From the sequence record PZ445524.1: 64,000 bases of DNA, one strand, 5' to 3'. Positions within the stretch are counted from its first letter, which is position 1. Each line of letters begins with the position of its first letter. Origin of the DNA: a phage. Under the pieces are notes generated by a model, which was given only the letters and a program-made list of their open reading frames with translations, was not told the DNA's origin and did not search any database. Of this stretch, positions 29,016 to 37,555 are shown piece by piece. Position numbers and translations under genes: made by a program.

Positions 29016-29778
29016 TATTAGACCTTTCATAATCTTCATTAAATTGTACAATCAATCGATGATAATTAGATTTTGGATATCCTAATTTACTTATATAAGT
29101 TCCGAATGACCCACGTTTAGGTCTATTTAATTTAATCCATAACTTATAAAGTAAGTCATAGTCTTGCCAATGTTTACCAGTTCTTTGTCTAATTTTAGAT
29201 GAATTTGATTGTTTCTTTTTAGTTTCAAAATTATTCAAAGATTTTTTGACTGCAGCAGAGTGTTTTTCTTTAACTCCCGGTCGTTTAAAAGCAGCTTTCA
29301 CCCCTTTAGATATTTTTTCTTTAACTTCCGGTTTGTTTTGTGCTTCTAACTGGGATTCTGAAATTTTAGCCCTTATTTCAGGAAGACTTAATGTTATCGA
29401 ACGTTTTTCTCTGTATTCATTAGACTTCCACATTTCTTTCATTGTATTAGAATGTATTTTTGAAAATTTTTCTCTAACTAACTGATATCCTCTTGAAGTT
29501 AATTTGAGATTTCTTCCTAAAGAATCTTCTCCAAAATTATAAAATGACCACCATGCATAAATTAATCCAGGCGAATTATAATGAATTTTAGCTAAAAGCC
29601 AATGGGCTATAAAATGCTCTCTAGCTGTTAATAAAACTAGATTATCAGAATCATCATTACCACCAATACAAGATGGAATAATATGATGCTTTTCCGTATA
29701 AAAATTTAATTTAGATTTATCTAATTTTCTGAGTTTTCCTTTCTTAATTAAATTATTATATACTTTAGTATAATTCAT
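28999..29778 (-). CDS. mobD: HNH homing endonuclease (MobD-like)
   Basis: 259 aa; HNH core EKHHIIPSCIGGNDDSDNLVLLTAREHFIAHW; repeated basic C-terminal modules (PEVKEKISKGVKAAFKRPGVKEKHSAAVKKS). Confidence 0.75.
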   Translation of the reverse strand: MNYTKVYNNLIKKGKLRKLDKSKLNFYTEKHHIIPSCIGGNDDSDNLVLLTAREHFIAHWLLAKIHYNSPGLIYAWWSFYNFGEDSLGRNLKLTSRGYQLVREKFSKIHSNTMKEMWKSNEYREKRSITLSLPEIRAKISESQLEAQNKPEVKEKISKGVKAAFKRPGVKEKHSAAVKKSLNNFETKKKQSNSSKIRQRTGKHWQDYDLLYKLWIKLNRPKRGSFGTYISKLGYPKSNYHRLIVQFNEDYERSNNENCS

Positions 29779-29852
29779 TGGTTCTTCGTCTCATTTAATT
29801 TTGCTTTGCATTTATAACACATGTCTGTTCCACTTGAAATAAACATATTTCC

Positions 29853-30410
29853 TCACTTTGAAATCATAGTTGGAATAACAGAATCAAGATAAGTCTTTAG
29901 TGCAATAGCTTCGTCTTTGTTTAATGTAATGATATGTGATCGAAAATCGTCAATTTGACGAATAGATACTATATCTCCCTCTTCATAGCATTTTGACACA
30001 TTTAAAATAGTTTCATCATTATGATTACAGGAGTTAGTAATAATAGCATTACATTTTTTAAACCATTTTAAATTATGTTTTCTTTTAGTAGAATCATAAA
30101 AATATTTAATGTTAGTTATAAAATTATCCCAATTATTAATTGATAAGCACATTGACTCGCTTTTAATATTAAATCCTGGGCATGAAGAATAAAAATGAAT
30201 TTTATGCTCATCATTAATGCTTACAATTTTATCAGTGTAAGCATATTCAATTTGGGTTAAACGAACAATTTCGCTAGGCGTAAAATATAACATGTCATCT
30301 TCTTGCGTCAAACGATACATGTTATTTACTTTTTCTATAGCCAATTCACCAAAAAGCGGACTAACTTCTAATACTAATCGTTTCATATTGATTCTCTTCG
30401 ACTCACTCAC
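29853..30410 (-). CDS. Hypothetical Cys-rich protein
   Basis: 185 aa with scattered cysteines; start may be GTG at 30410 or ATG at 30386. Confidence 0.45.
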   Translation of the reverse strand: MSESKRINMKRLVLEVSPLFGELAIEKVNNMYRLTQEDDMLYFTPSEIVRLTQIEYAYTDKIVSINDEHKIHFYSSCPGFNIKSESMCLSINNWDNFITNIKYFYDSTKRKHNLKWFKKCNAIITNSCNHNDETILNVSKCYEEGDIVSIRQIDDFRSHIITLNKDEAIALKTYLDSVIPTMISK

Positions 30411-30543
30411 AATTACATACTCCTTTGAATAATATCAATAATGTTGTTCACCAGATTATAAGTAAACATTGGGTAATTATATTGAATCATCACATACACA
30501 ACAAACAAAATTTTCATTCTCTTCTCCTTGACAGTTGACAAGA

Positions 30544-30577
30544 TTACTATACCATAACCTTGCCAACTTGTAAACCA
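30544..30577 (-). promoter_or_regulatory. T4-type early promoter (GTTTAC ... TGGTATAGT)
   Basis: Minus strand GTTTAC, 18 nt, TGGTATAGT. Confidence 0.45.
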
Positions 30578-30751
30578 TTAAATGACGTTTTCAATAAAAT
30601 TCTGAAGCTTTGTGTGAGCATCAACCATGATTTTCATTTCTTCCTTTGCGAAAGCTGTACCTCTTTCCCGAGAAGAACATTCATAGTCAGAAACTGCATT
30701 AGCATATTCTTCAATTAGCTTCATTAAAAACATCTGCTTTTCAGTTTTCAT
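30578..30751 (-). CDS. Hypothetical small protein (57 aa)
   Basis: Found by hand: ATG 30749-30751 with GGTGGAAT SD gives MKTEKQMFLMKLIEEYANAV... Confidence 0.3.
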   Translation of the reverse strand: MKTEKQMFLMKLIEEYANAVSDYECSSRERGTAFAKEEMKIMVDAHTKLQNFIENVI

Positions 30752-30935
30752 TATTCCACCTAATCATTTCAAGATATTGAACTAACTTAGCTTTAGATTT
30801 ATCCAAATCCTTTTTAGCTGCTTCTATACCGTCGTATGAATATCCTTCACAATGCTCAACTGCTAATTGGTATGAATCTATTTCAATATCACGTGCTAAT
30901 TTAATGATTTTTTCAAACTGTTCACGTGTTAGCAT
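30741..30935 (-). CDS. Hypothetical small protein
   Basis: 64-aa ORF. Confidence 0.4.
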   Translation of the reverse strand: MLTREQFEKIIKLARDIEIDSYQLAVEHCEGYSYDGIEAAKKDLDKSKAKLVQYLEMIRWNNEN

Positions 30936-30937
30936 AA

Positions 30938-31120
30938 TTAAACTCTCGTATTATGATCGATAATTTCATCAAGAAACATATCTAACGCTTCTAAAGCATT
31001 ATCAACTTTAGCTTCAAGTTCTTCAATACCTGATAAGGCAAAGTTAATGCGTTCCTCATCTGCTTTACGAATTAAAGCTACCAATTCCTTAATTTTATCA
31101 GCTTGTTCGATACTAATCAT
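30938..31120 (-). CDS. Hypothetical small acidic protein
   Basis: ATG at 31118-31120 (MISIEQADK...) overlaps the upstream stop by 1 nt. Confidence 0.4.
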   Translation of the reverse strand: MISIEQADKIKELVALIRKADEERINFALSGIEELEAKVDNALEALDMFLDEIIDHNTRV

Positions 31121-31308
31121 TATTCCACCACATATGAAAGAGAGAATATTGCACACGCCATGTGAGTTGCAACTTCATCACACATATTATAACGTTTCTT
31201 AAGAAGTTCTACAAGTTCTTCACTAGTAACTTCATCCATGTCGACGAAAAAATCACCATTAATGATGACGTAGATATTTCCTTCTTGATTGAGTGCTTCA
31301 ATTTTCAT
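31120..31308 (-). CDS. Hypothetical small protein
   Basis: ATG at 31306-31308 with AGAGGAGAA SD ([10 protein letters not shown]...). Confidence 0.4.
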
Positions 31309-31332
31309 GATGTTCTCCTCTTTATCCGATGG

Positions 31333-31368
31333 TTGTATAGTACCACAGCTCAAACGGAAAGTAAACCG
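31333..31368 (-). promoter_or_regulatory. T4-type early promoter
   Basis: Minus strand GTTTAC and TGGTACTAT, upstream of the 31120-31308 gene. Confidence 0.45.
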
Positions 31369-31382
31369 GTAAAATGAAAAAA

Positions 31383-31398
31383 GTCTCCCGAAGGAGAC
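31383..31398 (-). terminator. Hairpin gtctcc-cgaa-ggagac
   Basis: mRNA GUCUCCUUCGGGAGAC, 5 nt after the stop of the 128-aa ORF. Confidence 0.45.
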
Positions 31399-31403
31399 TA
31401 ATG

Positions 31404-31790
31404 TTATTCGAGGGAAAGAAGATACTTACTCTGGTAAAACATTCCAGTAATATCATCTATCGTGCTTTGGATGGCTGGAGGCATTTCTTTATAAATGCTG
31501 TTAGATTGGTCTAGTATGCGATCAATCATTTTAATTGTGTCGGTAGGAAGTTTACTAGCATCTGGAATTGAAGGTGTGTATTTTCTACCAGAATACCCCA
31601 AATATTGCTCACCAAATTTATCAATCAAATCTGGCAACTCGGAGAAAATAAAATCGTATGCTTTGTGTCTAGCATAACTTTTAGTTTCAAAATGTGCAGA
31701 ATGAAAATAAGCTTGTGCAGCCATTAATAAACCTAAGTATTCATCTGCCTTTGAAGGTTTTCCACTTTGTGAAAAGTCGCTGAATTTCAT
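31404..31790 (-). CDS. Hypothetical protein (immediately downstream of rI)
   Basis: 128-aa ORF; start overlaps rI stop. Confidence 0.5.
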
Positions 31791-32080
31791 TCAGTCTCCA
31801 ATTTAATGTTCATAATTCTAGCGTATGATTGTGCCATCTCCGCGCCTCGTTCTATACATTCAAAATCAGAAGAGCACGGGTCATTTTTATAGGTCGTTCT
31901 CATAAAACTATAGAATTGTTCAGACGATTCTACGCTTTTATTTTCAAAAAGCATATAAACGTGCCTAATACCAGATTCCATAAATTTATCAAAATGAGGA
32001 TCGACATTCGCTTCAATCGATGGAGATAAAACAAATGACAATCCTAGCATGGCAAATAGTGCCGTTGCTTTTAAGGCCAT
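31787..32080 (-). CDS. rI: Lysis-inhibition regulator RI (antiholin)
   Basis: 97 aa with signal-anchor MALKATALFAMLGLSFVLSPSIEA; matches T4 RI as recalled. Confidence 0.8.
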   Translation of the reverse strand: MALKATALFAMLGLSFVLSPSIEANVDPHFDKFMESGIRHVYMLFENKSVESSEQFYSFMRTTYKNDPCSSDFECIERGAEMAQSYARIMNIKLETE

Positions 32081-32092
32081 AAAGGCCTCCTA

Positions 32093-32305
32093 TCATTTTT
32101 GCCCTGTATTTACTTTATGCCGATGCACGGCCTTAACTTTATCAAGGTATTTTTCAAAATTTCGCAATCTAGTATAGTCTGCCGGAGATTGGTTGAGTGA
32201 TACTTCTCGACGCAAAGCTGAAATGATATTTCCAACTTCCCTACGAATTTCATCTAATTGAAGCACAGTAAGATTGCGAAGTTGCTTTTCAGTTAATTGT
32301 AGCAT
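32093..32305 (-). CDS. Hypothetical basic small protein
   Basis: 70-aa ORF between tk and rI. Confidence 0.45.
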
Positions 32306-32347
32306 ATATACCCCTTTAGTTAGATAAACCTATTTATAACTTTTGCA

Positions 32348-32929
32348 CTAACCGAGCTTTTTAGTTAATTCATTCCAATGTTTTCTACACAAAGAAACAT
32401 AAATTTCATCACCAATACAGATTTGATTACCTTCTTTAACGGGTGTTCCATCTTCCATTAATCGAGCTGTCATAATAGCTTTTTTACCACAATGACAAAC
32501 TGCCTTTAGTTCAATAAGTTTATCTGCAATCGCCAAAAGTTCTTTAGAACCTTCAAACAATTTTCCAGCGAAATCAGTCCTTAATCCATAAGCCATAACA
32601 GGAACATTATATGTATCAACAATTCGACTCAATTGATGCACCTGTTCAGTTTTTAAAAACTGGGCTTCATCTACAAATACGCAATGAATATCTTTTTGTG
32701 CTTCAGCCCATTTATAGAACTCGAAAATATCCATATCATCTGTAATAATATTTGCTTCCTGCCTAATTCCAATGCGAGAAACGACTTCACAGACAGAATC
32801 GCGAGTATCAATAGCAGGCTTAAGAACTAATACACTCATTCCACGTTCTTTATAATTATGTGCAGCAGTCAAAAGAGAAGCAGATTTTCCAGCATTCATT
32901 GCTGCATAAGTAAAAATTAAACTCGCCAT
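32348..32929 (-). CDS. tk: Thymidine kinase
   Basis: 193 aa; P-loop AAMNAGKS and C-terminal zinc-ribbon cysteines; same length as T4 Tk. Confidence 0.95.
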   Translation of the reverse strand: MASLIFTYAAMNAGKSASLLTAAHNYKERGMSVLVLKPAIDTRDSVCEVVSRIGIRQEANIITDDMDIFEFYKWAEAQKDIHCVFVDEAQFLKTEQVHQLSRIVDTYNVPVMAYGLRTDFAGKLFEGSKELLAIADKLIELKAVCHCGKKAIMTARLMEDGTPVKEGNQICIGDEIYVSLCRKHWNELTKKLG

Positions 32930-32930
32930 T

Positions 32931-33119
32931 TTAATCCTTAGTTAAATTTTCTAAATATGTTTTTAAATCATTTTCAGCTTTATCGATAGATTTTACTAAT
33001 TCGTAATATGTTTCGGCATCTCCATATTCAGAAGATATTTCAAAAGACAAATCCTTTTCTAAACTAATAATTTCACCAACTAAAAATAATATTTCGTTCT
33101 TTTGTTCGCGAGTAATCAT
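32931..33119 (-). CDS. Hypothetical small acidic protein
   Basis: 62-aa ORF (tk.1 position). Confidence 0.4.
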   Translation of the reverse strand: MITREQKNEILFLVGEIISLEKDLSFEISSEYGDAETYYELVKSIDKAENDLKTYLENLTKD

Positions 33120-33307
33120 AAGGAATTTATATAATCAATGAGTTCTTGTTCTTTATTATCGAATTCTTTAGAAAGTTCTTCGTACTCGTTTGCACTAAAA
33201 GGACCGCATTCATTACAAACTTTTTCCAATTCACTATTTTTATCCATAACTTCGTGGATAAGAGAAAAGAGTTTGTCTTTTTGTTCTTTACTTAAACTCA
33301 TAACCAT
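33116..33307 (-). CDS. Hypothetical small acidic protein
   Basis: 63-aa ORF. Confidence 0.4.
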   Translation of the reverse strand: MVMSLSKEQKDKLFSLIHEVMDKNSELEKVCNECGPFSANEYEELSKEFDNKEQELIDYINSL

Positions 33308-33525
33308 GTCACCTTTAAGCAGTATTCTTCTACATGCTGTTTACGACCTTTCTTATCAATAAAGGTATATTCAACGAATGTTCCAATGTAGTCTTTATCT
33401 ACATCATGTGGACTATTAATTGGACATTTAGTACGGCAAATGCGTTCCCATTGACGAATAATTACTGCCTTATTCTTTGGGTCATATGGATGTGGATAAT
33501 GTATATTCATAATAATGGTTCCCAA
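33298..33525 (-). CDS. Hypothetical small protein
   Basis: 75-aa ORF. Confidence 0.4.
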   Translation of the reverse strand: MGTIIMNIHYPHPYDPKNKAVIIRQWERICRTKCPINSPHDVDKDYIGTFVEYTFIDKKGRKQHVEEYCLKVTWL

Positions 33526-33974
33526 TCAACAATCACAATTTCTAATTTAGAGGAATATGTATCTAAAATCCCCTCAATAATATCCCAGTTCCCTTTACCT
33601 ATGCCTGCACCAATCCTAGGCATATAGATTGTAGGTTTAATCAGTTTATTTTCACCAAACTCATTTAATTCTAACATACAATTCATTAAAGCGGAATATT
33701 CAAAATTTGGCCCTGGTTGAAATTGAGTATAAAGATTAAAGCAGTAAGCTTTATGAGTCCTAAAGTATTTTTCATAGACTGAATAAGAACCAAGTTTAGT
33801 TACATCACCCCATTCAGTCTGTAATTTATCAGCTTCCAAAATTTTAGGGAAAGCTTTGGTTAATTGACCTGCGACTCCAGCTTTCATCGTATGAAAACAA
33901 TTGCATCCATGCGCAATATTTTTACCTTCAGTGAAAAGGGCGACAATATCGCCCTTGATATATTTTACAATCAT
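33507..33974 (-). CDS. Macro-domain-like protein (putative ADP-ribose binding or processing)
   Basis: 155 aa; N-terminal GDIVALFTEGKNIAHGCNCFHTMKAGVAGQL and later IGAGIGKG resemble the two Gly-rich macro-domain loops. Confidence 0.6.
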   Translation of the reverse strand: MIVKYIKGDIVALFTEGKNIAHGCNCFHTMKAGVAGQLTKAFPKILEADKLQTEWGDVTKLGSYSVYEKYFRTHKAYCFNLYTQFQPGPNFEYSALMNCMLELNEFGENKLIKPTIYMPRIGAGIGKGNWDIIEGILDTYSSKLEIVIVDWEPLL

Positions 33975-34318
33975 TTAGTACTCAATCCTCGATTATAAGA
34001 ATCTACCAAACGGTCAACCATTGAATGACAAGCGGCTTTATCTTTCTCCTCCGCAACTGAACATTCTAAGGTATTCCACTTTTTAGCATATCGTTTTAAT
34101 AATGTATCGTTTTTGTATCTGCTTGATTTATCTCTTTCTCCGTCTTTATATGCATATATTAATTTCTGTGCAAATTCAGCTTGGCATGCTTTATTTTTCC
34201 CACAATAATCTGCCGCAGTGCGGTTTACATATTCTCTAATTTCAGTATATGATGTATCTGCTGACGCAGAAGCAGAAAATGAAATTAATCCTATACATAA
34301 AACCAAAATTTTAGTCAT
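33971..34318 (-). CDS. Secreted small protein (vs position)
   Basis: 115 aa with signal peptide MTKILVLCIGLISFSASASA; lies immediately downstream of the SLT-like gene. Confidence 0.45.
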   Translation of the reverse strand: MTKILVLCIGLISFSASASADTSYTEIREYVNRTAADYCGKNKACQAEFAQKLIYAYKDGERDKSSRYKNDTLLKRYAKKWNTLECSVAEEKDKAACHSMVDRLVDSYNRGLSTK

Positions 34319-34856
34319 TTACTATTTCCAAAAGTTTATTATTTTTAAGGTAATTAGCCTTTTCTAGGACTTCAGAAGCATATTTAGAACCAGCTTTAAC
34401 ATTCCATCCCGAATTATAAGAGGATATTGCTTTTCTTATATCGCCCTTATGTATATTTAACCAATAAGAAAGTTCAATGTACGCCCAGGAAGCTGAATTG
34501 GATCGTTTATTCAACATTCTTTTTATTTCAGCATCGGTCATATTATAACCAAGTTCCTTAACTCTTGCTCGCATAGTAGGCAAATAATTTTGGAACATTC
34601 CGTAGGCGTGATGCTTTGGTTTAGATTTTAAATTAACTCCGCCAGAGCTTTCTTGCCATAAAATAGCAGCCATTATATGACCTAATCCGCTCTTGTGGAT
34701 ATTTTTGTGTGTTTTATATTTTCCATCCTTAGAAAATTGTTCCCCGAATTGATACGCGTAACGCATGTTATCGAGTTGGACATTACTGAAAGTATGCTCG
34801 GAGCTATGTGCCATCATTGAAATGGCCAATAGACCAGCGAGTAGTGCTTTTCTCAT
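34311..34856 (-). CDS. Secreted protein with lytic-transglycosylase-like motif
   Basis: 181 aa with signal peptide; ILWQESSGG resembles the SLT-domain E-S catalytic motif. Confidence 0.4.
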   Translation of the reverse strand: MRKALLAGLLAISMMAHSSEHTFSNVQLDNMRYAYQFGEQFSKDGKYKTHKNIHKSGLGHIMAAILWQESSGGVNLKSKPKHHAYGMFQNYLPTMRARVKELGYNMTDAEIKRMLNKRSNSASWAYIELSYWLNIHKGDIRKAISSYNSGWNVKAGSKYASEVLEKANYLKNNKLLEIVND

Positions 34857-34863
34857 GCTTACC

Positions 34864-35325
34864 TCATTGAGTTTTAATTACTGCTTTAGAAGCCTTTCCT
34901 GGTAAACGACGACTGTTGATAATTGCCATCCTACATTGAAGTGACGGGTCTTTGAACTTCGCGTTAGGTTTACAAACTGTAAATCCAAGCCAAAGATTTC
35001 CATCTGTGATTTCTAAACGTCCAGGACGATATTCAACCCCATCAATAAAATCCTCGTCAATGTCAGGACGCGGAGGCATACTCAGGAATTCATTAACTTC
35101 TAAAACATGGTCTTTTATTTTATGGAATAATTCAAAAACGTATGTCTCATCAATCTCCCGTTGAATTGCGCGATCAAGAAGATGCTGAGAATATTTTAGA
35201 TGAAACGATGAGACTCCTGCTGCTTTTGATGCCTCACGAATCTCATTGTTAATTTGACGAAACTCCGACTCAAAGTGACGACGAAGCTTATTTCGACGGA
35301 TAAAAACTTCTGTATTGATAGTCAT
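34864..35325 (-). CDS. regB: Endoribonuclease RegB
   Basis: 153 aa; matches T4 RegB as recalled (MTINTEVFIRRNKLRRHFE...). Confidence 0.9.
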   Translation of the reverse strand: MTINTEVFIRRNKLRRHFESEFRQINNEIREASKAAGVSSFHLKYSQHLLDRAIQREIDETYVFELFHKIKDHVLEVNEFLSMPPRPDIDEDFIDGVEYRPGRLEITDGNLWLGFTVCKPNAKFKDPSLQCRMAIINSRRLPGKASKAVIKTQ

Positions 35326-35384
35326 GTTATTCTCCTCTTAACTGATAGAAAAATTATACCACAGTCAAGAGGAAAAGTAAACAG

Positions 35385-35663
35385 TTATTCTTTAAATCTA
35401 ATCAATTTATTCATAGACTTTGAAACTTCTGCACGAACCTCATGTAGATTTTTGAGCTGTTCAAGACGCTGCGTATAGTAAGCAATTTCATCTTCTTCGA
35501 GACAGTCCTGTGAATCTTCTTTAAGATAACGTGCATAGTCCTGGAAAGCGTTACGAACTACTTCCTGGAAATCATCAAGACTTTGAATTTTCTTAGGAGC
35601 AGCAGATACACGACGAGGGGCAGTATAATACTCATAACCAAACCCTGCGCTTAATTGAGCCAT
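35385..35663 (-). CDS. Hypothetical protein
   Basis: Start moved to ATG 35661-35663 ([10 protein letters not shown]...), overlapping the upstream stop. Confidence 0.4.
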   Translation of the reverse strand: MAQLSAGFGYEYYTAPRRVSAAPKKIQSLDDFQEVVRNAFQDYARYLKEDSQDCLEEDEIAYYTQRLEQLKNLHEVRAEVSKSMNKLIRFKE

Positions 35664-35959
35664 TAGTATTTTTCCTCTGGTTGGAACACTGCACGACAAG
35701 CCCACATACTGGCTTCTTTGAGTTTCGTTTTAGCAATAGTTAACTGATCGAGGCTTTCGGCGTAATTCTTCGCGAGTTCATCATCTTCACAGCTATCAAA
35801 TGCTTCCCAAAATTCATCGTATAAAGCATCAAAGATAAGTCCTAAACGAACTTCAGCGTCTTTAATAGCATTTACTTTACCGATTTTTTCGTCGGTGTGT
35901 GGCTTATAACCTTTAATATCTTCAATCATATTTGACTTCCTCACCAGTGCATAAATCAT
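35663..35959 (-). CDS. Hypothetical protein in the T4 vs.4 (Acb2) position
   Basis: Position-based only (vs.4 slot after regB). Track start is TTG; ATG at 35957-35959, or ATG at 35927-35929 which has a GAGGA SD. Confidence 0.4.
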   Translation of the reverse strand: MIYALVRKSNMIEDIKGYKPHTDEKIGKVNAIKDAEVRLGLIFDALYDEFWEAFDSCEDDELAKNYAESLDQLTIAKTKLKEASMWACRAVFQPEEKY

Positions 35960-36143
35960 ATTCAACTAAACGAATAGGTTCATGAATGCCATATCCCTGA
36001 ACAGAAATTTCTGTCGTAGGATAAATTCCATCAATATCGCCCATATTCCACGCTTCATTAAATTGCTGTTCGCCTGAATTACTAAACCACTCGGCGAAAG
36101 CATTTAGAACATCTTTAGAACCTTCAATAATTATCTTTGCCAT
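35922..36143 (-). CDS. Hypothetical acidic small protein
   Basis: 73-aa ORF; start overlaps the grcA-like stop. Confidence 0.4.
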   Translation of the reverse strand: MAKIIIEGSKDVLNAFAEWFSNSGEQQFNEAWNMGDIDGIYPTTEISVQGYGIHEPIRLVEYDLCTGEEVKYD

Positions 36144-36505
36144 TACAAACTCTCGGTGAAGGTACGAGCGATAACGTCGCGCTGCTGTTCCGGAGTCAGA
36201 GAGTTAAAGCGAACTGCATAACCGGATACACGGATGGTCAGCTGCGGATATTTTTCCGGATGCTTAACTGCATCTTCCAGAGTTTCACGACGCAGAACGT
36301 TAACGTTCAGGTGCTGACCACCTTCAATTTTAACTGTAGGCTGTGACTCAATTTCAATTTCACGGGCATGCAAACCATAGAAAATTTCTGGGTCTACAAA
36401 AGAGTCCTCTTTAAAGGTTTTAGAGACAATAATTCGTGCTTGAATACCATCTTCAAAATAAATAGTACCTTTATGTGTGCCTTCAAGAATTTGATATGCT
36501 TTCAT
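36143..36505 (-). CDS. grcA: Autonomous glycyl-radical cofactor (GrcA/YfiD-like; T4 Y06I homolog)
   Basis: 120 aa; the C-terminal ~59 residues ([60 protein letters not shown]) match E. coli GrcA as I remember it; the 3' half is visibly more GC-rich than its surroundings. Confidence 0.88.
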   Translation of the reverse strand: MKAYQILEGTHKGTIYFEDGIQARIIVSKTFKEDSFVDPEIFYGLHAREIEIESQPTVKIEGGQHLNVNVLRRETLEDAVKHPEKYPQLTIRVSGYAVRFNSLTPEQQRDVIARTFTESL

Positions 36506-36512
36506 ATAAACC

Positions 36513-36839
36513 TCAATTAGAAAATAAATTTATCCAAGATTGTTCTTTAATTAAAAATGGCTCAGAATCATATGCCATTAAACTTTGCGTAATTAGTCCT
36601 TTAAAAGGCCCATCAATAAATTCCATGGTAAAATATGGAATTTTATTCATTAGCCGTGCATTAGGAGCAGTACACAAAACTCTGCATCCTTTGAATACGC
36701 CTTTTTGCAATTTGTATTGCTTAGGATAAAATTCGCTTAAAATGTTATTTTTTGCCAAAATTTCAAAATGATTCACCAATTTATTTTTAATAGTTTTTGG
36801 CGAAAAATAAAGATATTCGAAAAGCTGAGTGTCTGTCAT
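36513..36839 (-). CDS. Hypothetical protein
   Basis: Start moved to ATG 36837-36839 (MTDTQLFEY...), overlapping the upstream stop. Confidence 0.4.
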   Translation of the reverse strand: MTDTQLFEYLYFSPKTIKNKLVNHFEILAKNNILSEFYPKQYKLQKGVFKGCRVLCTAPNARLMNKIPYFTMEFIDGPFKGLITQSLMAYDSEPFLIKEQSWINLFSN

Positions 36840-37378
36840 CATTGCATTCCGATTACGAAAAACTGTGGACGAGTAATACCACCAATACAACATTTAATAT
36901 TACAGCAGCAGTGTACAGTGTCAATATGGACACTATAAATTTTATCCATATCAGGAGATTTAACAGGCTCATCAATTATATACAAAATTCGCGAAAGCTT
37001 TAAACCTCTGAACTTGCTTCCTTTATTACCGATAAAACTGCGCACAGAATCAGTAAATAAACGAAAACGTATATCATCATTAGAATAACGCGAAAATTCC
37101 TTTTTGATGCTATTTGCAGAAATTTTAGCGTAAGCTGAAGTATTAGAAAGAACAATAACTGTTCCGCCATCATACAACCAATTAGCGGCAAAATTAGTTA
37201 CTGCAGTTGATTTACCGGATTGACGTCCACCATCTAGTCGAAGTGTGCAATACTGCTTAAGTAAGTCTTCAAATGGTGGGATATAATCGTTTTTACAAAT
37301 TTCTTCTACTCTAGCATCAGAATGGTGTGTAAAAGCATTCATCAGGGATAGATAAGGACCAGTTAAAAATGTTCTCAT
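36839..37378 (-). CDS. P-loop NTPase-like protein
   Basis: Walker A GGRQSGKST and Walker B ILYIIDE; start ambiguous (ATGs at 37426, 37408, 37378; only the last has a weak SD). Confidence 0.45.
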   Translation of the reverse strand: MRTFLTGPYLSLMNAFTHHSDARVEEICKNDYIPPFEDLLKQYCTLRLDGGRQSGKSTAVTNFAANWLYDGGTVIVLSNTSAYAKISANSIKKEFSRYSNDDIRFRLFTDSVRSFIGNKGSKFRGLKLSRILYIIDEPVKSPDMDKIYSVHIDTVHCCCNIKCCIGGITRPQFFVIGMQ

Positions 37379-37555
37379 TTTATTCTCTCTAAATTTGGGC
37401 CATTCCATGGCGCATGAATTGTCCATTTCTGTATTTACCCATTACCGCACTTGGGCTTGACCTTATTACAGGTTGGCGGGAATCCCTCACAAAATCATGA
37501 GGTCCAGGTTGTTCCCATGTTATTTAAATGTAAATAGGTCTGAGTATTCGCTTTA

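Noticed and set aside
27490-29485. ORFs 27490-27729 (+), 28023-28226 (+), 28355-28549 (-), 29246-29485 (+)
   Set aside because: Embedded in the ATPase, nucleotidyltransferase or HNH genes in antisense or alternate frames.
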